NCBI RefSeq assembly: GCF_008831285.2
Contig: NC_045138.2
Location: 15,128,001 to 15,192,000 of the forward strand
Reading direction: 5' to 3'
Source of the DNA: Nymphaea colorata
Lineage: Eukaryota
Length of the DNA: 64,000 bases
Part shown: positions 37,101-49,068 of the stretch, piece by piece
Numbering within the stretch: the first letter of the stretch is position 1
Layout of the letters: each line of letters starts with the position of its first letter
Made by a program: the position numbers and the translations under genes
The notes under the pieces: generated by a model
The model's input: only the letters and a program-made list of their open reading frames with translations
What the model was told of the DNA's origin: nothing
The model's database searches: none

Positions 37101-39576
37101 GAAATGTCAAAGAACATGGTTTCTGTGGTGCAATATATGGAACATGTTGAAAAAGCTTTCTTTTTGAGTTTATCCATTCCGGATGTAGACAGTCTCCTGA
37201 TTTAAAAGATGCAAACATTACATTTTCAACTGGAAGCCCTGTTTTTTGAGAATTTGTGCTAACTAATATTGTTCTATTTCTATTTGTCTACTGGTCTTGT
37301 TGTCATCTAATTTATTTTATGGCTTCTTGTTACTAATTTCTGGTTGATTTTATGGTTTTATCTTTAACAGTCAGGCTTTGAAGGATTTATACATGATAAG
37401 TATACGTTACTGAAAGAAACAAGAGAAAGATTATTTGCTACAGAGGTCAATGCTGAATGGAGGTATGCATGTTCTGATATGTCAAGATACATATTTATGC
37501 ACTGTAAGCAACCTCATTCAAATCTCATGTGATCTTTTCATCCTTTTAATTTCCATGTGGATGTGCATGGATTTTGTACTCTTTCTTTTCCCTGCTTTTG
37601 GAAAAATTACCTGCACTGCACATGAAACCATACTTTTTCTAGAGAAATGGTCTAAAGCTATTGGAAGTAAGACCTAACCTGACAAACACTTGTTCAAAAT
37701 CAAAAGCAGTCCTTCCAAATTCTGTTATTCTAAGCCTTCAAAGCAGTGGTTGACCTTTGCAGACCCAGTTTGTTTAGGAAACTGATGCTTCTGGACTGGA
37801 CAAATTCTTGTGAAATAGTGTTAACCATCTCATTTCTTCGGAAGTGCATTTTTATGCTACTGTTTATGATCTGGAATGGAATTCTTATGTGGATACATCG
37901 CTTAACTCCTGAATTTTGTTTTGCAATATAATCTCTTGGAGCCTCATTATCAATTATACCGTGATTTTGTCCGTGGGAGTTTGAAAACTAACTTGAATAA
38001 ATGTTTTGATTGCTGCAGATACTCTGTAAAACCAACCTGTTTCAGACAGTCTTATTTGGACATAAAGAGCATGCTAATTGATACCTTTTTCGGCCCTTCA
38101 ACTGAAGGAGTTTACAGCCCATCTGTCCAAAATACTCTTTATTGCATGGCTCGAGCTGTTCTTAACAGGTTTGCATGATAATCATTTCACATGTCAAGGA
38201 CTTGCTGCTTTCTAAATCTGAATTATGTGCTCAAATTTTTACGAAATTTCAGGTTCCCTCTCGTAGAATCAATCCACCTGAAAATGCCAAATCTCCACTT
38301 CTTGCCTGTTAATTTGGCTAACATGGTTCAGGTGAGTTATCAATTACTACTTTTGGATCCGTTAGTAGGTTCAGTAATGAAACCTACCCGCAAACGCCAA
38401 TGGAGAAGGTGATGACTTTGGTAACTTCAGAGGGCGTAGTTTTTAGATGACTATAAATTTTTAATATGCTTAGCTTTCTGTAAGGCTGAACAACTTTTAT
38501 AATTCCAACATCTATAACATTAGGGAAGTGAATCTAATTTTGCCTACATGTTAATTTTCATCGTGTTTATAAATGAAATCCAGGAGTTTTGTGTCTTTTT
38601 TTCCTTTCCTTTTTCCTTTTTTCATTGACGAGTCTTTTGCTGATACTGATGAAATTTGAATAGCAGTCTTTTGAAGTATCTTTCCAGGTGCTTCAAGGAT
38701 AAGGTTCAATGGAAACAGTAGGGACTGGCCCATTGGTTAAGACGTGGTTGCTTATCTAGATTCTTTATAAATGAACAAATGAAATTTTTGCATTTTAACT
38801 TTGCCGATTTACAGGCCATACAGCATACAGGTTTATGAACATTTATAACTGCAAATTAAATATTTTCAGTTGCACTTTGCTACTTGATCATGTAGGCATT
38901 GTCATTTGTCACAGAAAACGCATTTTTATTCAGAAAAAATGCGAAAAAAAAACGGTAAAAACAGATCAACAAAAAAAAGGAGGGGGGGGGACGCCAACAT
39001 GAACGCCTTTTTATGTTTTTTGTGTTTTCCACTTTTTCCCTTTTTTTTTGCATTTTTCACATTCTTTACATTGTTTAGTTATCAGATTTTTACTTTTATA
39101 ATTTTCACATGTTATTTTTAGGATTTTGTTAGTTTTTAAAAATGGCCTAGATTTTTCCAATATTTTTCTAAAAATACGACTCTCTCATATTATACCCGAA
39201 AAAAACTGTCATTTAATGCCTGATCCAACCCATATAGCACTTTATAAAAAACTTGGAATATTTTACTAATATCAAAAGCCTATGATATCTCATCTTAAAT
39301 CTGTTCTGAAAATGGCAACTCGCCCTTGCATGGCTGGAGGGTCCTGTATCGCCCAGTCATAGGCTCCCCAAAGAATGCCTTCCTTTTCATCATCATGCAA
39401 GCCTTTGTTTTATTAGTTCTTATACATTGAAAACTGCTTTCACCGCCTTCGTGACTGAGAAACTTGTACATCCTTTGCAGTTTGCAGATGATGTTTACAC
39501 TCCGACAGACGAGCCACATGGAACGATTGAAGCCACCTTGAGTAGACGTCAGGTGCCCGTGTTGTCTAAGATTTAG
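34175..39576 (+). CDS. UOX: Uricase (urate oxidase), peroxisomal, 8 exons, 301 aa
   Basis: Exons 34175-34387, 34578-34670, 36237-36312, 36587-36693, 37371-37462, 38019-38168, 38253-38331, 39481-39576; total 906 nt in one frame. Motifs HGKARVRV, IVATDSMKNTVY, uricase signature LALLKTTKSGFEGFIHDKYTLLKETRER, YSPSVQ, MPNLHF, PTDEPHGTIEA, C-terminal SKI. Intron 4 has a GC donor. AATAAA at 39665. Confidence 0.97.
34366..34457 (+). repeat. 46-bp tandem duplication spanning the uricase exon 1/intron 1 junction
   Basis: CACCGATTCCATGAAGAA(C/T)ACGGTAAAGAATCTCTCTCTCTTATTA twice (starts 34366 and 34412), one mismatch. Confidence 0.95.
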
Positions 39577-39883
39577 ATGCCTTGTGTGATGAATTGCAGA
39601 ACAACTGATCAGATTGTTCTCTTTCAATTGAGAACAGCCTGCATTTTCCTGTCATGTAGAAAACAATAAAGTACGCTTTTTCATTGTACATTTTTCGCGT
39701 TATTTTGATTCTTATCTTGCAATATGCAAATTGTGCAGTAGTTGCCTTCTACTCGGACTGAATTTATCCTTCCAATGCATCATCTAATAGCATTGTTTTA
39801 AACACCATCTTGCTCACAATCATAAATTAATCCGCGTGCGATCTTATATTAGAAATAGGTTTCTTCTGTGCGTAGCTTTGACT

Positions 39884-40125
39884 ATCAAACCTGCGATATT
39901 TGTACTTGAGACAAATTGGTAACCGTCATTTCAACTGTTAGCTACAACTTGAAGATAAATATAACAGTTGCCAAGTTTTATCCATACTTGCGAGTTGCGA
40001 TCTACAATCAACACTTACTACGCGTTGCTGTGATGATCAAACCTGCGATATTTGTACTTGAGACAACTTTGTACTGTCATTTCAACTGTTAGCTACAACT
40101 TGAAGATGAATATAACAGTTGCCAA
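39884..40125. repeat. Two about 90-bp direct repeats (period 152 bp) downstream of uricase
   Basis: ATCAAACCTGCGATATTTGTACTTGAGACAA...GTCATTTCAACTGTTAGCTACAACTTGAAGAT.AATATAACAGTTGCCAA at 39884-39974 and 40036-40125. Confidence 0.9.
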
Positions 40126-40262
40126 TTTAGAGCAACAAAACTTTAGCATTAAAATCTAGTGCTGAATGAAATCTGACATTATGATCAGACAACGGCCTCT
40201 ACTTCACTCTTACATTTCGGCTGGCATAAAAATCTACTGTACGCACACGCACGCACGCACAC

Positions 40263-40300
<38 letters not shown>

Positions 40301-41720
40301 GACCAGGAGAGTCATGGAAGCAACGGCAAGATATAGAGAGATGACGATCCAGTAAGGGACCGTGGTTGAAGCCGTGGAGATGGAATCATGGAGCGCGGGC
40401 AAGATGGAAGAGAGAGATGATGAGCTGGAAGGGACCGTGATAGGGGCTCTGGAGCCGGAATGGAGGATGGAGGTTTCCAATTGGAGGGAAAGGCATTTTC
40501 TGGATCAGCTTGGCTCAAGATCATCCAAGCTGAGTTCAACCATTGTTAAGAAGTTTAACCCGAGACATTAGCTGCAAAAATCAACAACCGCCTCGAATTC
40601 AGGGTGAGCTAGGTCCAATCAGGGTACAAGTACCCCCAACCTCAGCAGTTGCACTTCGAATGGGTGGTAGACAGGTCAGGGCCAGAGAGAAGAGGTTCCC
40701 ATATGGAGGTAAAGCGCCGGCAAGATATGGAGCAGAAGTGGCCAGAAATTCGTAGTAAATGTTTGTATCCAACTCACCTACTTTGACAAGGCCTATTATG
40801 ACGTCTTTGCACTAAACACTTGGTTTGGTGATATTATCGAGCATAGTAGACGGGTTCAACTTACAATAAAGAACACAATCGACATACACAATTAGACTAA
40901 AGTTTGTAAACCTTTTCAAAGTTGCTCAATTTGATCAAAAGATGGGATTCCATTGAGGGTCTCAAATTTGAGGTTCTGGATATAAGCTAAGGCAAATGGG
41001 CAGTTTTACATGAACCCCACATGAAAGAGATTCCGATTGACCTTGGGTTAAAGATGCTCAATTTCATTCATGTAAGCTTAACTTTTTATACATAAAGTGT
41101 ACCAAACAATAATCCCAATATAATCTTATCCCATGAGCTATTTGAAACAAAATACTTTTTCTTGATAGATTTCAGAGGTACAGAATTCCAATAAGGCACT
41201 CTACTTGTAGTATCAAACTCCAGAACACAACTTTTTCCCCTTTGATTCTTGCTTTTTGTTGTTGGCAGCCAATTTCTTTCATTTTATGGATCTTTATGAT
41301 ATGTCTCGAATCTGCCTCCAAAAAACAAAAATGCAGGTCTAGTTTCAAAATTAAGGAATTTTTGGAGATCTTGGCAGAAAACTTTCCAATTCAGCTTCCA
41401 GCATTTCCTGTTGCGTGTATATAAAAATAAGATCGCTTAATGTGAAGAATTTCATGACATTTTAATCTCATAAATCATTCGTTACAGACCCTTTATGGCA
41501 ATCGTGCAAAAGCCAAAATCAAGGCCGTGCAACCAACATCCTTCTGTTAATAATCATTCATCCACTAATCCAAGCTGTGTTGATGGAAGAAAGTCCAACA
41601 ATGATAAACTGACCTTCCGGTACAACCAAGCAGCGAACGCCAGGAGAGTGAAAAGACTCCGCATCGACACTCGCCAGCACGTTGTGGCATATAAATCACG
41701 AACCTGATCATTGCGACATC

Positions 41721-44700
41721 CTATAACGCCATATTGGCATCGAACTGGATATGTGGTGCGAAAAACCTTAGAACTTCTTCATAGACAGGCTTCTTGAATC
41801 TCACTGCCTGCTCAAGAAGTTCACAGTTCTCATGTCAAGATTGGAATAGTTCCCTAACTCACCTGACAACCAACATGAAGCCGGCATACTTCAGCTCTAG
41901 TTCCGTTTCATCGGTGTATATTAGCCCGAATCAGCTGATGATACCCACTGTCTCAGCCTTCCCCACAACGAGGTCCAATGCAACCGTGCAAAGGCCTCTC
42001 AAGTATTGGAGGATATGGGGCCAATGGAGACCATATGGCTTCTATGGTCCAACCCGGCCCGGTAACAGCTGATAGCTATAGTAAGAAATATTTATTTCTT
42101 ATCTAAAAAATGCCCAACAAGCCAATGCGTGCCGATCCAGTGATGGCTGACGTATCGGTGAGGTTTACGACAGTAAATGAAAACCTCATTCAGTCCCTTC
42201 GCTGCATTGGACACGTTTATTTCGTCCAGGCGACGAGGTAAACCATCCAATGCTTGGACGCATCGAGGTCGTAACTGGAAAGTACGAGCCTGTCCCAGGA
42301 GTCCCTCGATGTAAGAGATCAGGCACCCCTCCCTTGCCTAGCACGAAGGCAAGGGACCTATCATATCCGGCAAATCGGCCTAGTAAAGAAAAAGGAATTT
42401 GTACCCACCCGATCGATGATTTCCTGCGGTGGCAGCCAAGACCACTCACCAAACTCTGCAGCTTCAGTCCCATCACCCGCGAGATTGATTTCTTCATCTT
42501 TTCCAGTGAATCTCAGAAGGAACCTGTACATGTTTTAAAACATTCGTGGAATTTTTTGCAGATATAGATGCAACGGATATGAAAACTATATTTAGATAAC
42601 AAGAGCATATGCATTTCGCTACCGCATATGAATAAGCAAACATATTTAAGCAGGGTCTAATGTTGGAAGGAAACGCGTCATGGAAGCAAGTTGTGGAGAC
42701 AACATGGGGACACATACAGCTCATAGGACGGTTGCAACGTAGTTGTAAAGCAACAAACAACTGAGTTTGGTCGACAAGGTTTCATCACTAAAGCCAAGTT
42801 ATTAGCAAATATCAGACAGTTGCAAATCATGGTATCAGAGATCTCCTTTGTAAGGTAATGAGTCATGACATATCACATTCTAAATTGGAAGTTTTAAGTT
42901 TATTACTTCGAAAATGGAAAAATACACAAACTAAATAAAAACGAGCAAACGGAAAAAAATGCTAAAAATTATGAGAAGAGATCATTTACAAAAGATAAGT
43001 TGGAGTTTATCCCAGGTTAACATGGTTTTATTATTTTGTGATCTACCTTTAGTTCGGTACCTCAACAAGTTCCTGATCCATAGGCATTCGATGGTGTAAC
43101 ATTATTCTCATCAGATCACTTGGAACTTTTGAGGTTCCTTATCAGACTAAGAAGCAAGCAGGGTGAGGATCGGCCCAATTTCCATGTGTAGTACGTAGAA
43201 AAGCAAAGGAAGCTGCAGAATCTAGGCTATTACCAACAAAGAGGACGTGCATAAGAAAGAAGGAAGAACATTACCAAATGCTCACGACAGCCCGTGAAAA
43301 ATTTTGGGAATAAGTAATAACGAACAGGTGCAACACTGATGTGTAATAATAATAAAAGTCGAAAGCTTACCACTTCTGTGCTTGACCCTTCCAGTTTGTG
43401 CCCCATAAGTTATTGACCTTTTCTTTCACTTCAGGAGGGAAATCATAAGTTAACCAATAAGGAACCTACACAATTTAACCAATAAGAGACCTGCTGTGTC
43501 AGTTTGGGATCTTGCGGGGAGAAATTCATGTAACTGCCCACCAGGAATCTTAATGCAATCTTATATGGCCAGGTCAAGCCCCTCCAAAATAGGTCAACCA
43601 GATTTATGTTGACAAAGCTTTTCACTTGCACTGAAGCAGCGGCAGAAGTCAGTTAACAAGACACTTCTTCTCCAAATGTCGGGAACCATTGTTTGAGTAG
43701 AGAACAAGGCAATTAAGACAAAGTATTCACATTTCTAACTTTTTGGATGAAAAGAGGATGCCGTTTATGGTCGAACACCAGATTTTGAAAAGAGGTTCTC
43801 CATTTACATTATAAAAAAACTTACATAATGATATCGCTAATGCATGAGTCCAAGCTTCACTCAAGAAGCTAAATCAGAACTGCAGGGACCCAAGCAAGAC
43901 TTTTGGTTAATCGAGCTTGGGTGGAAGAACCTGAATTCAGGCTCAGATTGGCTTGTCTTGCACAGTGCAAAAGATACACTCTGACCACCAAAAGAATTCT
44001 TCTTCATAGCATCTGTCGTGGCTAACAGAGAAAAAGAGAGAGAGAGAGAGAGAGAGAAATTACACACAGAGTGTTACCTCTGCAAGAACTTCAGCAGAAA
44101 CAACGCCTGTTTCTTCTCTCAGCTCTCTTACAGCAGCAGTTACGGGATCCTCATCATTGTCAATACCACCCTGTATAAGAGACAAAATCGTATGTATTGT
44201 TGGCAACTCATAACCTCCACAAAATTAACACTCGAAGTGGTTGGCGCATATCCTAGCAACAAGTACCAATTTAATTAGAAATTCAACCATTAGTTCAAAT
44301 GCATCTCAATTGGGAATGGTTTTCAAACTCAAAATTGCTATAAGCATAAACCATGTCGTCCAATTACAACAGTGGATGCAACAAGTCAACCCAAAGCAAA
44401 CTCTGTCCTGATTTGCAGTTTCAGTAGATCCCTGCCATTATTCTACTTACAAACGTCCCCCAAGTTCCACCAACAATCAATGCTGCAGTATTCAGCGTCT
44501 CTGGCTAAGATACTGGTGTTCCCAATCAAAACTAGTTCAAGTATCCTGAAGAATCCGAACATTCTGAACACCAACCTTTTGAAGGGAGTTACAAGATACC
44601 AAATCCCATATTCGAATGCACTCAGATATTTTATCTTGCATTTAACAGATCTTCATCGCATTTGATGATTTTACCAGGGTTCGAGCCAAATGAATATCAA

Positions 44701-45736
44701 ACCAAACCAGTGACTTTACATGCCTAAATGAAGCCAGCTACCCCAAGGCTCAGTCATGAGATGAGCAGCCATTTTCCGTGCACAAGGGAACACAATAATG
44801 CACACAAATCAAAGACCAACCATCCTCGAGAGTGCAACAGTTCATCAACGTGAGTTTTTTGCAACTAACAAGTTCTACACTTAAAGCAAGCATCTCCAAG
44901 TCTTCAACAAACAACACTACAACCAGAAACGATATGTACATAGACAGATAAAAGACCTTTTCCATTGAATAACAAATTATGAATGACGATTTTGCTTTTC
45001 CTATCAATATGATCATGACAATTAAGCCCAAAAAAGAAGAAACGATTTTATTACCTGAGGCATCTGCCATGCATCGGGAACGTCTAGCCTTGATGCTGCA
45101 AAGATCTGTGTTCACCAAACCACCAATTACAACAATCGATCACATCAGTCTGCATAATCTAGCACCTCAGACACTAAGTATTTGACATACGCGAATTCTC
45201 GAAACAATGCGGCATTTCAAATTTCAAACAAAGAAAAATCAACATACACGATACAAGTCAATAAGAAACTTAATCGCTATAAAGAACCGGAAAGTCATAG
45301 AAATTGGGGAGGGAAAACACAGCCGGAAACAGAGCTTCCTCGCATTAAGCATTAGAAGAAAAAAAAACCTAGATACCGACATTCTCTCTTCGATCGAATC
45401 GAGCAAGATATTTAAGCACAAAAAAAGAGTAAAATTTATCGACCGCGTAAATGCCCTAAACGTCTGGTAGAGGAAGGAGGGAAAATTTCTCGCCTTGTTG
45501 GAAGGATTAACGAGGCAGATCCCCACGTTCTTGCGGTAGCCATCGGGCGGGGTCTCCATGGACGACAAGGACGAAGCGGAGGCTGCTCGAGGTCTCAGCC
45601 GAGGGACAGGAGACGCAAAAGCGGCAGGTTTCGAGGGCAGAAGCGTCGGGCGGGAGGCGTTCCTGCCAACCGCGGGAAAATGACGCAGAGGGGCGGAGCC
45701 GTTGGAAGAAGGGAGGCGCAACAAGAGCGCGGCCAT
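41721..45736 (-). CDS. Plastid-targeted Nudix hydrolase, NUDT26/27 type (Ap4A/ppGpp pyrophosphohydrolase, RppH-related), 6 exons, 227 aa
   Basis: Exons 45736-45494, 45105-45055, 44170-44078, 43465-43371, 42523-42409, 41807-41721; total 684 nt. Ser/Ala/Pro/Arg-rich transit peptide, METPPDGYRKNVGICL, WQMPQGG, Nudix box GGIDNDEDPVTAAVRELREETG, WLTYDFP, GQAQKWFL, FKKPVYE. Intron 1 has a GC donor. Confidence 0.95.
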
Positions 45737-46458
45737 AATATTCTTCCCTCCTTGCTTCCCGCTTCCGCCCTTCTCATTTTGCCCCCCCCCCTCAACTCTC
45801 AAGGCGTCTGTTAGAACCAAATTACGAAACAGCCATCCGCCATCCGCCACGCTCTCGTGCTCGGCCAGCGGATATCGTTATCCCCATTTTCGCATATCAA
45901 CACACATAATGTGCTTTAAATACGAATAGAAGTCAAACCTGTTCAAGTTATTAAAGATATTCCCAAACCTCTCGGATAAAATTTTACTGGAGCAAATGTC
46001 GCTTCTAAATCCTTATCCGAATCCGTCAGTTTATATCCTATCCTCATAATCGTATTATTGATACGATATGCTGATCCAGATCCAGAATTATCGCTAGGTC
46101 GAAGAAATATAATTGGTTTTGACCGGATGCTCGTATTAAATAAGTCCAGGTCGGATCTCAATATATCCGTGGAATCGGATATCGGACTACACCCGGTCCA
46201 TGTCCAGGCTGCAACTTCCAGTCTTCGACTGCTGGTGGACTGTCCGTGTCTCCCTCCAAATTCATGATTCATATTGTTTTATTTGGTACATTTTGGTAAT
46301 TGAGACATCGACCTTCCTTCTTCCGCAAGTCCTCTTGCTTTACGTCCTCACGATAACCGCCTCATTATGTAATATCCCGAAAATACCCCCACCGCCATCA
46401 TCCCCTTCTAAAAGAAAGGGAGCCTCCCGCGAGTCCGTGCGGCCTTTCTCTGCCGACG

Positions 46459-47373
46459 ATGGCAGCTGTTGCTGTCCTTCGAGGCACCAGCCTTAGTTCT
46501 ACGAGTAGCTCCGATTCCGATCTCTTTTTCCAGAAATCCAACCGCCGGGAGATGACGACTCCGCAGGAGACGCCTTACCCAGTCGTCGTCTTCGACGGGG
46601 AGCAGCACGTCGACGCCGGGCACGTCGGGATCCACTCCGGAACGCAATTCAAGGCCCTGCAGGTGGCCCTGAGCCGGAAGACCGGTGTTAATCCTAAGCA
46701 GATCTCGGCCGCGCTCGTTTGCCGAAGAGGCTCGAAGTCGTCGGAGAAGCGCCGCCAGAAAAAACTCCCGATCAATGAGAACACAAACTTCGCGGGGATC
46801 GTCGCGCATCACAACCCCCGGACGGAGAAAGACTGCTTCCTCCTCGTCACCACCAGAAAATCCCGGCGTGGCCGGGAGCGCCGCTCGAGGAGCCGCCGGA
46901 GCGTTGTCGACGACTACGGTTCCGGGTCGTCTCGAGACGACCTATCGCCACCCGCGAAATCTTCTTCCGCGCCTCCGGCAGTGCAGGAAAAAGCACTCCC
47001 CCGCCGCGATCCACCTTCGACGCCTACCGCGGGAATACTCGATCCCTATTCCGTCCGGATCTACCCGCCGGCGATGAACGGAATAGTCGGTACGATGCAC
47101 GACAACAGCATGGTGGTTGGGCCCTTCGCGATGCGGAATCTTCCGGCGTACGTCTTCGAGTACGCATACCCGTATGCTTACACTGCATACGCGATAAGTG
47201 CAAGGCGCGCTCGGGTCACGATGTGCGAGACGTGCTCTGAGGCAGCGGATGGGCGGGAGGTGGCGTTCCATCCCTGCGTCCATGACGAAGTCCTTGAGGT
47301 GTGGCACCGCTCGTCGCCGGCCGGACCGATCCAGCGACCGTCGAAACCCGGCCGCATCGAGGCGGCGGCATAA
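46459..47373 (+). CDS. Uncharacterised plant protein, DUF7138-like N-domain with C-terminal Cys/His cluster, intronless
   Basis: GC-rich 304-codon ORF with YPVVVFDGE...FKALQVALSRKTGV.PKQIS, RRQKKLPINENTNF and C-terminal CETC...FHPCVHDEV...RSSPAGPIQRP, typical of this plant family as I recall it. True start may be ATG 46552. Confidence 0.85.
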   Translation: MAAVAVLRGTSLSSTSSSDSDLFFQKSNRREMTTPQETPYPVVVFDGEQHVDAGHVGIHSGTQFKALQVALSRKTGVNPKQISAALVCRRGSKSSEKRRQKKLPINENTNFAGIVAHHNPRTEKDCFLLVTTRKSRRGRERRSRSRRSVVDDYGSGSSRDDLSPPAKSSSAPPAVQEKALPRRDPPSTPTAGILDPYSVRIYPPAMNGIVGTMHDNSMVVGPFAMRNLPAYVFEYAYPYAYTAYAISARRARVTMCETCSEAADGREVAFHPCVHDEVLEVWHRSSPAGPIQRPSKPGRIEAAA

Positions 47374-49037
47374 CCGGCTTGCTTGCCGCTACGACTCCCC
47401 TCCCTCTTGCGGACCGACCGCTCATCGGTGTTGAACTTAGGCTTTTCCTGGATTGTCCAGAAATTTTGGGAGTCAGGATTTTCTCGGATTTGTTGTAGAG
47501 GGAAAGGGAGCAAAAGGGGGAGGAATACGAATTCGTGGAATGGTAGTTTGATTCCTTTTTTTCTTTTATTTATACCGTAGTATAAGGTTAAACCTGTTTT
47601 ATACAGACCCAAGCCCTTGGTGTGTGACGTAAGGAACCGAAAGAGGTTCGACCCTCAGACTTGGATTTTTTTTTTTCCTGCTCCTGTTTGATAATGATAT
47701 GTGTGAGATTTTTTTGAATGAGACACGAGACGCCGAGATATGGCTGGAATGGGAATGTGAGAATGAAGTTTTCTGTTTGGAGCAGCCAAGTTTGTGTTCT
47801 TCTGTTTTTGCTTTTCGCCTTTTCCGTTGGTGGTTGCTTGTTCTTGGGTATAAAACTCTGGATCTAAGGATTTTTTTTAACTAAAATTGGATTTGATTCA
47901 TTGATGCCAGACTCTATCCGCTGTTAGTTCAACTTGAACCTAAGCCTACCGATAAGCTTATGTGATCACTCAGCGCGGTGGCCTAAAGGTGGTTGTTGAT
48001 CTCAATCCTAATCTGAAAGTAGGTGCGGTGCGGCTTATTTTCGTGGCGGATTAAATTGACCTTTATGTTGGCGACTAAAATAATGGATGAGGCAGATCTT
48101 CATATTTTGTGGGTAGACTGGTTGATATCTCCCCAGCTCTCACTAGCAGATCTCTTCTGTGGGATTCGACAACTTGTTCAGCACGACGAATATCCCACAG
48201 ATTTCAATTTCCTTTCCTAAAAACCATCTTGGTCTGTTGGTCCCTAGAAGAAAGGACGCACACGATGATTAGCTTCTAAGCTATGATTAAGTTGATTAAT
48301 CTCCGCATTCCTGTGGCATTATCAATCATATGCAACTCATATCCACAAATGGGCAGCAATTTTGATCTTCCTTTTTGTTTTTCTCCGTCTCCTTATTGAT
48401 CTGTGGAAGAATCCTTAGAGGCGCTATCAAGTAAAACCCTCATTAAAAAAACATAATGATAGAAACACTTGTCGCGAGAGGTTGACGCTTCGAGGTCTAA
48501 AAAGCACCGCCAGTGCCAGTAGGAGACGAGGGAGAAAGGAATAAAAAGGAACGGATGCACCAAGTTCCGAGGGGAAACCAAAACCATGACCGAACCCCTT
48601 TCCGGGAGTATACGGGTTTGACTGGTCGTCCCCGATGCTGGACCTAACCGCCAAGAACTACAAGACGAGGAGGGACCCGATAACCAAGGAGGTTATAAGT
48701 GGGACCCGGTCTAAGATCCGATCCTTCAAAATTCCCATGAAGTGCTCATGATTTCCTTGAATAATTTGATTCGGATTAGTGTCGAGCTTATATCTTGTAC
48801 CCGACCCGACCCGGATCGACCTGACAACTTGTGCCTGCCGGTGTCTGGGGAGCCGTCGGCGACCGGCCAAAATTTCGGACGGCGCCGTCGCGTCTTCGGT
48901 TGCCAGGCCCCTCCATTTTCTGTCGCTTTTCCCGGAGCACGTTCCCGCGAGAAAGCATTCGAGCGGCACGCCGGCGTAACCGTAGCCTATCGTGGCCCAA
49001 CGGCCAATGCGGGAAACTCGGCGCGCTTTTATCACCT

Positions 49038-49068
49038 GGCTCGGCTCGGCTCGGCTCGGCTCGGCTCG
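49038..49068. repeat. (GGCTC)6 pentanucleotide repeat upstream of the gene at 49619
   Basis: Read directly. A palindromic G-box GTCACGTGAC follows at about 49128-49137. Confidence 0.85.

Noticed and set aside
40300..40760. GA-rich ORFs (40362-40571, 40543-40755) and an 18-bp match AGATGATGAGCTGGAAGG shared with about 59565
   Set aside because: Low-complexity purine-rich sequence with an internal imperfect duplication; no splice or protein evidence.
34175..45736. Uricase next to a Nudix hydrolase as a purine-metabolism gene cluster
   Set aside because: Different compartments (peroxisome vs plastid), non-consecutive reactions and convergent orientation; chance adjacency is sufficient.
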